NCBI GenBank assembly: GCA_964016885.1
Contig: CAXHJY010000057.1
Location: 33,590-97,589, forward strand
Reading direction: 5' to 3'
Source of the DNA: Eledone cirrhosa
Lineage: Eukaryota
Length of the DNA: 64,000 nt
Positions 13,111 through 24,822 of the stretch are shown here, piece after piece (within the stretch, counting starts at the first letter, position 1; each line of letters starts with the position of its first letter). The notes beneath the pieces were generated by a model that worked only from the letters and a program-made list of their open reading frames with translations, was not told where the DNA came from and searched no databases. The position numbers and the translations under genes were made by a program.

Positions 13111-13904
13111 GATTGCGACATCTTTGAGAGCGATTTGGCTGTTGTTTCTAGCAGATTGTCGGATTCCGATTGTAATGTTTGTGGGGTGGGGTGGGGTGGG
13201 GGGCATGGAGTGGAAGGACGAGGGGAGTTTCAATCATTTTGTTGTTTTACACGATTAACACAATTAGACAGATAGGAGAGGTGGGGTGGGGCGGTGTGAG
13301 GTGGGGTGGGGGTTAATTGATAGAAATTACTGGAGACAATTAGGAAATAGAGAGAGAGAGAAGGGAGAGAGAGACAGAGAGAAAGAGAGAATATGAGAGA
13401 GAGAAGAGAGAGGGAGAGAGAAAATGAGAGAGAAGAGAGAGATAGACAGGGAAAGCGAGAGAGAGATAGAGACAGAGAGAGATAGAGGGAGAGAGAAAGG
13501 TGAGAGAGAGAAAACAGAGAGAAAAGTGAGAGAGAGAGAGAGAGAGAGAGATAGAGAGAAGAGTGACCGGAAAGAAGCAAGCATGAGAGGAAGGAAGGAA
13601 AGAGAAAATGAATGATACATGAAGGAAGGAGCAATAAAAGGAATCGGGGGAGGGAAGGAGGGGTTGTGATATACAATGAAAGGTGTTTGGCAAAAGAGGA
13701 GGTGGATAGAATGATGGATAGATGGAGAAAGAGAGAGGGTAGAAAAATAGAGGGGGGATAATGATTAAAAGGAGAGGCGTGAGGAGGAAAGGGAGCGAGA
13801 AAGAAAAGGAGAAATGTATGAGGGAAAGAGAAGGGAGGGTGTTGTGGTAGGAGAGTAGGTTTAGAATGAGGGCGAGGACAGAAGGTATAGAATGAGGGGG
13901 GGGT

Positions 13905-14050
13905 ATAGAACGAGAGGGAGGGGTTGTGGAAGGAGAGAATGTATGGAACGAGAGCGAGGGGTTGTGGAAGGAGAGAATGTATGGAACGAGAGCGAGGGGT
14001 TGTGGAAGGAGAGAATGTATGGAACGAGAGCGAGGGGTTGTGGAAGGAAA
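13905..14050. repeat. 38-bp G-rich minisatellite (~4 units)
   Basis: gaacgagagcgaggggttgtggaaggagagaatgtatg repeated. Confidence 0.9.
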
Positions 14051-14385
14051 GAAGGTGTAGGAGAGGAAAAGGAAATGAATGATGAAATGTGAAGAGACAA
14101 GAGGAAGGAAGAGAGATAAAAGGAGTAAGAATTAATAGGTATGTTATTTACTCTTGGAATGTGGCGGAAACGAAGAAATTCAAAGACAAAGTCTTCATCA
14201 AGTTGACAGCGAAAATAACTGTTGTTGATTGTTGAGAAATGTTTTTGAGAGGGACGGTAGAAAAAAGTTAGGTATACAAAAGTGAATAGAACAGTAAGAA
14301 AAGGTTTAGGAGTTATACTGTAAGTTTCAGAGGGTTGCGTAAGTATTGGATAATTTCTATAAAGTCTTGTCAGTTATCTGGTTGA

Positions 14386-14757
14386 TATCATTTCGGAAGA
14401 AGGATCAGGATGGAGAGAGAGGTGCTGCACCCCAGCCGTTTTTAGGAAAGATGGGTGAAAGTGGCGAGAATAGCCCGTGTGAATGGGCCTTCACTCTACA
14501 TCAGACTATAGGTGAGGAAGATGAAAGATCAAGGGAGCACCCCCTCTCTGTGCTCCTGAGGAGAAGGGTTGCACACTTTTTCGGGGGGTTGTACGACCCC
14601 CCAAGGCGCCTCCTCCCTATTGAGGATTTTGTTATTAAATTTATTTTTGTTATATTTTATATTTTATATCTTGTTATTGCCTCCTCCCTCTTTTTATGTA
14701 AACTCCCCCCATTGTACTTGTCCCACTTTTTGATGCCCTGGTGGCAAATAAAAAGAA
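14386..14757 (+). mobile_element. 5'-truncated Tx1/L1-like LINE 3' end with 14-bp TSD
   Basis: Encodes YHFGRRIRMEREVLHPSRF*ERWVKVARIARVNGPSL (homologous to 51120-51419). AGTTATCTGGTTGA is duplicated at 14372-14385 and 14758-14771. Confidence 0.8.
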
Positions 14758-15209
14758 AGTTATCTGGTTGAGACTGCTTTGAGAAAGCGGAAACTATGGA
14801 AGTTAGAAATACTGGCGTGAAAGCTAAAGTCAAGTAACTGTTTAAACTAATACCGTATGTTTCAAAAGCATATCGTTTAAAATTGCATAATTTATATAAA
14901 GCATTGTGGTTTAAGTGGTTAAGATTGCCTTGAGAAATCCGACACAATAGATGTTAGAAATAGAGGCGTGAAAACTGAAGTCAAGTAACACTAAACAAAA
15001 AACTGTTTAGACTAATACCGTATGTTTCAAAGCATATCGTAAAAATTGCATAATTCATATGAAACGTAGTGGTGGTGTGGTTAAGGATGTTTGGAGAAAG
15101 CTGGTTAAATGCAAGTTCGAAATACAAGAATGGAAAACTAAAGAAAAGTAAGAAAATCGGCAAAAAACAAACAAACAAACAAGCAAACACACAAAGGACA
15201 GTGTATACT

Positions 15210-15460
15210 TTTATACTTTATTTCATGATATTTAGAGGTTATGCCCACTTGTTCACGAAAAGGAAATAAAGAAGGGGAATGAAACGTCCACAGGGACCGA
15301 TATTACAAACATTTTCAATACTGTAACTACATATCTCACAATACTGCATAGAAATTATACCACGTTGAAGTAGGTTTTGTTTTGTTTGTTTAAATCGGTA
15401 ATGAATGTGGCAAGGAACTAATACAATGGCGATGATGTAGATAACAGAGGTGATATATAT
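15210..15460 (-). mobile_element. Possible degenerate Penelope GIY-YIG remnant
   Basis: TSVIYII...PCH.HY..KQTKQNLLQR resembles NVIY.I.C..C...YIGQT...L.QR. It is on the same strand as the hammerhead at 15867. Confidence 0.3.
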
Positions 15461-15784
15461 ATATATATATATATACACAGAGGTATCCACTGTAAGTTGT
15501 GGGGTCTATTCTGCATGAAGAACTCGATGTAATCCATATGTTGAAAATGTTTTAGGTTAAGATAAATCTCAGAAAACAATAAAACATTAAAAGGAAAACA
15601 GAGTCATTGCTTTTGAAAACAGCTGGTGATATGCATGTAAGTAAATATTCTCTCTATCTGATAGTTTGTAAACTTACATAGATCAATAACTGAGTATAGA
15701 TACAATGTATTATGACCATCTAGAAACGATTGTAAAGCAGTGAAGTATATCTCGAATGACTTGATTTTTTATTTCATTGTTTTA

Positions 15785-15822
<38 letters not shown>

Positions 15823-15866
15823 TGATGAAACATAAGTCAATTGCATGAACTCATAATCCTTTATTT

Positions 15867-15922
15867 ACTGCTATATATATTTCGATGATAGCCATTGAAT
15901 GGCTGTGACCTCATCAGGCAGT
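15867..15922 (-). ncRNA. Minimal type-I hammerhead ribozyme (family H1)
   Basis: Minus strand: actgc CTGATGA ggtcacagccattcaatggctatcatc GAAA tatata TA gcagt. Perfect 5-bp stem I, palindromic stem III, AATAAA downstream. Confidence 0.8.
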
Positions 15923-15929
15923 GTATATT

Positions 15930-15987
<58 letters not shown>

Positions 15988-16175
15988 AATATACACTTGA
16001 TATTTTAAATATCAACATACGTGTTTTTATATCCGTCATTATAATTCTCTACCTGACAGTTTTGAGTTGGCGATTTTTTAAAACAGTTTTTAAACGTTTA
16101 TTAAATAGACAGATTCTTTTTTTACTTGAAACAATATTTATGTAAAGGTTAACAGAACCATTATTTCCATCGCAC

Positions 16176-16215
<40 letters not shown>

Positions 16216-16306
16216 GTACACATATTTGTACGTGTGAGTGCTTACATATATAAATGCATAGATATGACAAGATACGGACACACACACACATATATATATG
16301 GGGAGT

Positions 16307-16368
<62 letters not shown>

Positions 16369-16544
16369 AAGAATCAAAGAACTGTTCAAAACATTTTTAT
16401 TCTTACAACTGTTTCCTCCAAACCGAGGTTTGGATTCTTCGGAGCAATTTATTAATGAATGAACACTTATATGACCTCCTTTTCACCCAAGAGACATACA
16501 GATACAAATGCAAATATTAATACTATATATATATATATATACAT

Positions 16545-16940
16545 TAGGGTGGACCTTATTTTCGAACTACCTCCCACCCTTCCATGTACCAAACCCATGT
16601 TCCATGTACCAAACCCCAATCTCTGCAAAATTTTACCTCAAGCGGACAACTGCAAGGCGACCCTCATCGACCGTGAAGTTTTGAAGTTTACGCCCAGAAA
16701 GTCATTTTTTCAGATAAAATCTCTTATTTCTAAAATCTCTTATTCAATTTTCTCTTAAATTAAAAACTTGTTCAGACTTATCCTTGGTATTAGAAGGATA
16801 AGTGACAATACATATAATGGTGAAGACAACTTGCAAAGCTGGGGACAGAGCGCAGGTGTAGGGCAAACACCTATATTTCGCTGTGGGAGTAGCAAAATGT
16901 TAACTTTCAGAGAATTACCTATGGCTAAGGGCCACCCTTA
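16545..16940. mobile_element. Non-autonomous TIR element (MITE-like)
   Basis: Imperfect terminal inverted repeats tagggtggacctta / taagggccaccctta. Related right ends at ~18020-18173 and ~24318-24331. Confidence 0.65.
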
Positions 16941-17042
16941 TATACATATATCCGCATGTGGTTGACAACTGAGAGAAATGAGTACTCGGTATATATATAT
17001 ACTCTCCTTACTATCCTTACTTTCATATTTCTCCTTGCTTCC

Positions 17043-17630
17043 TTGAGAAAAGGAGAGCAAGGAGAGCAATGAGAAATGGAGAGCAATGAGAAAAGGAGAG
17101 CAAGGAGAGCAATGAGAAAAGGAGAGCAAGGAGAAAAGGAGAGCAAGGAGAAAAGGAGAGCAAGGAGAAAAGGAGAGTAAGAAGAGCAATGAGAAAAGGA
17201 GAGCAAGGAGAGCAATGAGAAAAGAAGAGCAAGGAGAGCAATAAGAAACGGAGAGTAAGGAGAGCAATAAGAAACGGAGAGTAAGGAGAGCAATGAGAAA
17301 AGGAGAGTAAGAAGAGCAATGAGAAAAGGAGAGCAAGGAGAGCAATGAGAAAAGAAGAGCAAGGAGAGCAATAAGAAACGGAGAGTAAGGAGAGCAATAA
17401 GAAACGGAGAGTAAGGAGAGCAATGAGAAAAGGAGAGTAATGAGAGTAATGAAAAAGGGAGAGCAAGGAGAGCAATAAGAAAAGGAGAGCAAGGAGAGCA
17501 AGGTGAGCAATGAGAATAGGAGAGCAAAGAGACCAATAAGAAAAGGAGAGTAAGGGGAGCAAGCTGAGCAATGAGAAGAGGAGAGCAATGAGAAAATGAG
17601 AGCAATGAGAAAAGGAGAGCAAGGAGAGGT
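17043..17630. repeat. Purine-rich ~26-bp minisatellite (gagaaaaggagagcaaggagagcaat)
   Basis: Direct reading. Confidence 0.9.
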
Positions 17631-17807
17631 TAAGGCAAATATTGCTCAAGTTATGCTGGAAGCAGACAAAGGTCAAGAAGACTAAATGACTTTTGTTCAT
17701 TTACAAACATCGAGTTTTCGTCTTTTGTTGTACAAAAGCTTTCTTAGTGGAGATAGGGAAGAGTATACCGCCTTTGAACAGAATGATTCGTTGCTTATAC
17801 CACGTGA

Positions 17808-18012
17808 AGGCGCGTGGCTGAGTGGTTAGAGAATAGGATTCACAATCGTGAGGTTGTGAGTTCGATTCCTGGACCGGGTGATGACACTTGAGCAAGACAC
17901 TTTATTTCACATTGCTACTACCTGGAGTTGCGACCGATAGATAGCATTAGCAATTGGAAAGACCAGCGGAAACATTGTTTCCTCGGTCCGATTTGACGAA
18001 AGTCGATCGACT
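17808..18012 (+). mobile_element. tRNA-derived SINE family B (CORE-like) with composite 3' part
   Basis: TGGCTGAGTGG A box, GAGTTCGATTCC B box, ttgagcaagacacttta CORE-like block. The 3' part is shared with 33797-34003. Confidence 0.75.
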
Positions 18013-18286
18013 TGCAATACTATGTTCCAAATTCAAGGCGTTTGAGGGTCGCCCTACACTTGTTCGATTCAGCTGCAATTTGGCACACCCCATCCTTTGG
18101 TAGATTGGAACAAGATTGAGGGGTGGGAGCAGCAACACTTTCAGAAAATTCCCTATTGCTAAAGGCCACCCTAATATATATATATATATGAATAAATACA
18201 TGTATAAATACATGTATATATACATGTACTTATGTATGTAAGCATATATTTATATGTATGTATGTATATACATGTACTTATAATTT

Positions 18287-18380
<94 letters not shown>

Positions 18381-18561
18381 GCTGTACGTGTATAAACCAG
18401 TTTGCTACAGGTGAAAGTGTGTAATCGATAATATAACGCAGGTAAATAATCAATAAATATTGCTCACTAATTGATACAGTTACTATGTAGATATGTGTTT
18501 TAATGTATTGCTCTAGTTCGGTTTTAAATATGTATGGCAGTTCAAGCTTCTCTCTATGTAT

Positions 18562-18624
<63 letters not shown>

Positions 18625-18721
18625 ATCGTACCTATATATATGTGCTATCGATCTACGCATATGTGTATATATATATAGAGAGAGAGAAAGAGATGCACAG
18701 ATAGATTATATATATATATGC

Positions 18722-18820
18722 ATCGTGTCCTAAAAAATGTACACACACTTCAACAACATTCTTATAAATATTGCCTGTATAGGTACTCAGTGTGTATACA
18801 TTTTGGGGGGACATCCTATA
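18722..18820. mobile_element. Tc1-like mini-element (paired TIRs)
   Basis: gtgtcctaaaaaatgtacacac ... gtgtatacattttgggggacatcc. The same TIR (TA-CAGGGTGTCCCCAAAAATGTATACAC) occurs twice at 26310-26430. Confidence 0.6.
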
Positions 18821-18851
18821 TATACACGTGTATAAATATCTCTCTCTCTCT

Positions 18852-18936
<85 letters not shown>

Positions 18937-19696
18937 AACATAGGTAGAGAGAGAGAGAGACATAGGTAGAGAGAGAGAGAGAGAGAGATAGGTAGGGAGG
19001 TAGATAAAGAGAAAGAGATATTATAAACACATACATACATTATATATATATATATATACATATGTGAATGTGTTGTATATATATATATATATACACACAA
19101 CAATATATCAAAGTTCTCTCCACCAGCAAACACTTGTCAAAAAACTTCGATCCTAGGATGACTAAGACAAGATTAGATGGAGAGAAAGAGATGAAGAGAG
19201 CCGAATGGAGAGAGAGAGGAATGGAGAGAGAGGAATAGTGAGAGAGAAGAATGGTGAGAGAGAGAGGAATGATGAGAGAGAGGAATGGAGAGAGAGAGAG
19301 AGAGGAATGGTGAGAGAGATTGGGAGAGAGATGGAGAGACTAGGAGAGAGAGATGGAATGGGAGAGATAAGGGACGTGATAGGAGAGAAGGGGGAGAGAT
19401 AGAGACTGAGATTGGAAGAAAGAGAGAATGAAAAACATAATGAAAGAGAGAGAGAGAAAGCGAGAGACTACGAACAAGAGAGGGAGAGACAGAGGAAGAG
19501 AAGGAGAGAGATAGAGAGAGAAAGCGAGAGAGAGACAGAGGAAGAGAAGGAGAGAGAGACAGAGGAAGAGAAGGAGACAGAGACAGAGGAAGAGAAGGAG
19601 AGAGATAGAGAGAGAAAGCGAGAGAGCGACAGAGGAAGAGAAGGAGAGAGAGACAGAGGAAGAGAAGGAGAGAGATAGAGAGACAAAGCGAGAAAG

Positions 19697-19732
<36 letters not shown>

Positions 19733-20021
19733 ATAGTGAGACCAACGTATGTGATGAAGTGACGAGGAAGGAGAGGAGAGTGTGAGAGAGGGAGAGGCGG
19801 GGGAGGGGGAGTGTGAGGAGGAGGTGGAGAGCTGGCAAGGTGTAGTTAAGGAAAGATGTAACGAGTTGGTTTGGACAGGTGAGTCACTGGACTTAGATTT
19901 AATTGGTTTAGTAATTGTGGTAGTTAGGTTGCAGCTGTTATGGACTTCGCCGCCATCTACCTCTCTCACACACACACACATTATATATATATATATATAT
20001 ATACACAGACACACAGACCAG

Positions 20022-20067
<46 letters not shown>

Positions 20068-20129
20068 TGGTTTGTGTGTCTGTATATATATATATATATA
20101 TATTCAGACACACGGGCCAGACATATATA

Positions 20130-20513
20130 TATATATACTTACACATACATACATATATATATATATATACCCAGATATATACATACATATATCTATAGTA
20201 GAAATATATACACACATATACATACACACATATATGCACATACACACATACACATATCTATACACACATATATATATATATACATATGTAACAAGCATAT
20301 ATATATGTATATATATATATTATATATACATATGTAAAAAGCATATATATAATATATATATATATATACAAATCTATACATATGTAATAAGTATATATAT
20401 ATATATATATATACATATCTATACATATGTAATAAGCATATATATATATATACACATATCTATACATACATACATATATATCTACACGCACATATACATA
20501 TATATGTAACATG

Positions 20514-20555
<42 letters not shown>

Positions 20556-21561
20556 TAGATACACACACACTCATTATATATATATATATATATATATATA
20601 TACGTAACATGCATATATATATATTCATATATACACATACATATATATACATACACACACATGTATACACATATACACACACATGTATACACATATACAC
20701 ACACACGTATATACATATACACACACATGTATATACATATACACACATATATATACATATATACACATATATATACATATACACACATATATATACATAT
20801 ACACACAATATATATTACATATACACACACATGTATACATATACACACACATGTATACATATACACACACATGTATATACATATACACACACATGTATAT
20901 ACATATACACACACATGTATATACATATACACACACATGTATATACATATACACACACATGTATATACATATACACACACATGTATATACATATACACAC
21001 ACATGTATATACATATACACACACATGTATATACATATACACACACATGTATATACATATACACACATATATATATACACACATATATATACATATACAC
21101 ATATATATATACACACACATGTATATACATATACACACATCTATATACACACATCTATATACATATACACACATCTATATACATATACACATATATATAC
21201 ATATACACACATATATATACATATTACAGACATATATATACATATACACATATTATAATACATATAGACATATATATATACATATACACATATATATATA
21301 CATATACACATATATATATACACACACATGTATATACATATACACATATATATACATATACACACATGTATACATATACACACATATATATACATACACA
21401 CACATATATATACATATACACATATATATACATATACACACATATATATACATATACACACATATATACACATATATACACACACATGTATACATATACA
21501 CACACATGTATATACATATACACAAATATATATACATATATAATCTATAGTCAATAGTGGT

Positions 21562-21606
<45 letters not shown>

Positions 21607-21628
21607 AATATATATATATATAATATAA

Positions 21629-21659
<31 letters not shown>

Positions 21660-21660
21660 A
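20130..21660. repeat. (TA)/(CA) compound microsatellite with a 22-bp higher-order unit
   Basis: catgtatatacatatacacaca repeated about 10 times at 20850-21060. Confidence 0.9.
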
Positions 21661-21837
21661 GGTGTAACTATTCCAAGGAGATTAAGTCTGGTAATGATTT
21701 GCCGCCTCATCCGGCTTGCAGCCAACTTAATCAATGGAGACTCCAGGGTTATCGTGGTTGTGGGAGACTGACATCAAGCCGTGGGCATGTGTCCGGACAC
21801 CTCACACACATCACATCACTGTACATATAATATATAT

Positions 21838-21889
<52 letters not shown>

Positions 21890-21914
21890 ATGTATATATA
21901 TATGTATGTTTGTA

Positions 21915-22130
21915 TGTATAAACAAAAGACGGGGGGCAATTGTACACCAGGATCTTTACCAAACTTCCTTTGTTATATATATATATATTTGTTCACCCCA
22001 GCGTCCCCCTTTATTTACGTGTCCCAACGACTTTTTTTTAGCCGTTGTTCGCACCAACCTGAGGTATATGGCCTTTAAAGCGATGAAATGCCTAGGACGG
22101 TTGGAAGGCCACTGATGAAGGACTTACTTT
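21915..22130 (+). mobile_element. Penelope-like 3' end remnant with truncated hammerhead half (CTGATGA at ~22112)
   Basis: INKRRGAIVHQDLY resembles the PLE C-terminal LNRD.G...Y. ccactgatgaagg lacks the GAAA half. Confidence 0.3.
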
Positions 22131-22166
22131 TTCATATGTAACCCATTTGCAACGCCGCAGCTCCAT

Positions 22167-22205
<39 letters not shown>

Positions 22206-22220
22206 TATTAAAATGTTAAA

Positions 22221-22415
22221 TAATTGTTTCTACTTTTGGCACAAGGCCAGCAATTACCCAATGCATTACTGGTATTACTTTATTCTATCGACCCCGAAAG
22301 GATGAAAGGCAAAGTTAACCTCGGCGGGATTTGAACTCGGATCATACAGGGAGGTAACTCTATGCTTCAAAGCATGGCATCCCGATCCTCTAACGATACT
22401 GCCAATCCATCGCCT
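22221..22415 (-). mobile_element. SINE family A
   Basis: Full-length reverse copy. Confidence 0.9.
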
Positions 22416-22623
22416 TGTTAAATAATATCCGATGATTATGTCAAAGAATGATTTTTACAGTAGATTGGAAGCACTCAACGGTAAAAAAAAATAATTTTCA
22501 GGAGTTAATATAAGTAGTAATAAAATAGATGTTCTTTTGATCAATTACATTTTATTAGACATATTTCGGATGTACAACACTACCAGTAACCATTTAACAT
22601 CTCAGGGTATGTCATGTATCATT

Positions 22624-22680
22624 ATATTTTGTCTGATGAGGATGTACTGTTGTACATCCGAAATATGTATAATAAAATGT
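22624..22680 (+). ncRNA. Minimal type-I hammerhead ribozyme (family H2)
   Basis: atattttgt CTGATGA ggatgtac-tgtt-gtacatcc GAAA tatgta TA ataaaatgt. Perfect 8-bp stem II; 9-bp stem I with 2 G-U. An inverted partial copy lies at 22547-22580. Confidence 0.8.
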
Positions 22681-22986
22681 AGAGAGACAGAGAGAGAGAG
22701 ACAGAGAGAGACAGGCAGAGACAGACAGAGAGAGACAGACAGACAGACAGAGACAGACAGAGAGAGACAGAGAGAGACAGACAGAGACAGACAGAGAGAG
22801 ACAGGCAGAGACAGACAGAGAGAGACAGGCAGAGACAGAGACAGAGAGAGACAGGCAGAGACAGACAGACAGACAGACAGAGACAGACAGAGAGAGACAG
22901 AGAGAGACATACAGAGAGAGACAGAGAGAGACAGGCAGAGACAGACAGAGAGAGACAGGCAGAGACAGACAGAGAGAGACAGAGAT

Positions 22987-23023
<37 letters not shown>

Positions 23024-23250
23024 GAGACAGACAGACAGAGAGACAGACAGAGAGATAGACCGACAAACAGACATACAGACAGACAGACAGACAGAGATAA
23101 AGAGAGAGATAGACAGACAGACAGACAGAGACAGAGATAAAGAGAGAGATAGACAGACAGACAGACAGAGACAGAGAGACAGATAGAGATAGAGAGAGAG
23201 ATAGAGAGACAGAGAGATAGAGAGACAGACAGACAGACAGAGAAACAGAT
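22681..23250. repeat. (GA)/(GACA)n compound microsatellite
   Basis: Direct reading. Confidence 0.95.
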
Positions 23251-23935
23251 AAGTAGATAATAAATGCGCCAATTTGGTAGGAGAGGCGTGAATATGGAGG
23301 ACGAAATATTAACGACTTTATTGATCTCAGAGATTAGAGAGTCAGGGAAAGTTCACTTTTGCCTTTACTTGGCCACCGGAAGTTAATAGGGGAGCTAACG
23401 GAAATAGATACCGTAAAATATCCATTGTTTACCCACCGCCATCTTGCAAACCCCTCACACACCAATAGACTAATTCTCGTATTGTAATTATATTATAGTT
23501 ACTGCTGCTACTACTGCTGCTGATGATGGTGATGATGGTGATGATGATGATGATGGTGATGGCGAAGCGGAGGAGGAAAGAGATTTATCATGACACTGGT
23601 GATGGTGGGGGTGATGGTGATGGTGGTGATGATGGTGGTGGAGGTGATGATGGTGATGGGTGGTGGTGGTGATGATGGTGATGATGCTAGGGATGGTGGT
23701 GATGATGATGGTGGTGATGATGGTGATGGTGGTGAAGATCTTTATGGCGATGATGATGATGATGATGGTAATAGTTTTGACAATGGTTGATGAGGGGGAA
23801 GGTGGGGGAATGGAAGGTCATTATCCTGACTGTGGTGGGTGTGGGGGTCGTCGTGGTGGGTGTGGGGGGGTCGTTGTGGTGGTTATGGCTCTGATATTGA
23901 TAATGGAAATATCCGAAGCGGTGGAGCGGGTCGTT

Positions 23936-24190
23936 TTGTGTTATGACCAGTAACATAATTTGGCGTGGTGGGTGTGGACTGTGCATTGGTAAATGCAGGA
24001 ATAGTACATTTTTGGAGAGGGTTGAATTGTGTTATGATCTGTAACATAATTTGCGTGGTTGGGTGTGGACTGTGTATTGGTTAATGCAGGAATAGTACAT
24101 TTTGGAGAGGGTTGTATTGTGTTATGATCTGTAACATAATTTGGCGTGGTTGGGTGCGGACTGTGTATTGGTTAATGCAGGCATAGTAAA
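23936..24190. repeat. ~90-bp tandem repeat (3 units)
   Basis: gttatga anchors at 23940, 24031 and 24121. Confidence 0.9.
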
Positions 24191-24636
24191 ATGTTTGTAT
24201 TGTGGTCAGAGCATGAAATATGTAAAGTAGGTTCGTCAGTTTGTTAAATCAATTTGAAATTACTTTATGTGGGGGAATGGGGTGCATATTAGTATAAGTG
24301 GGACATGGAGAGTTAGCTTAAGGCCACCCTGCAGACAACACAAAAATACACAACGGATTTCAAAGAAAAATAATATTTCAAACAAGAAGCGACGACAGAA
24401 ATGTAAAATTAATTATGAATAAAAAATAATTTATAATTTGATAAGTAAAAAAAAAATAACAATTATTCATACAAAAACACACAAAAAACAGAGACAAATA
24501 AAATTATTTATAAAAAAGACACAAAAAAAAATAGGCACAGAGACAAAATTATTTATAAAAAACACAAAATATCAGATATACAAACAACAATAGTTATAAA
24601 AATTTAAATAAACAGTTTCAGACACAGGCTAACTAA

Positions 24637-24822
<186 letters not shown>

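Noticed and set aside
17808-17880. Apparent tRNA gene
   Set aside because: A and B boxes are present, but there is no closed cloverleaf and the sequence continues into a SINE body.
19870-19890. Plus-strand donor CAG|GTGAGT (also CAG|GTAAGC at ~10790)
   Set aside because: No upstream acceptor or coding exon and no polypyrimidine tract, so compatible with chance.
24325-24365. Minus-strand splice acceptor (tttttgtgttgtctgcag)
   Set aside because: No credible downstream exon or donor, and it overlaps a MITE-like terminus.
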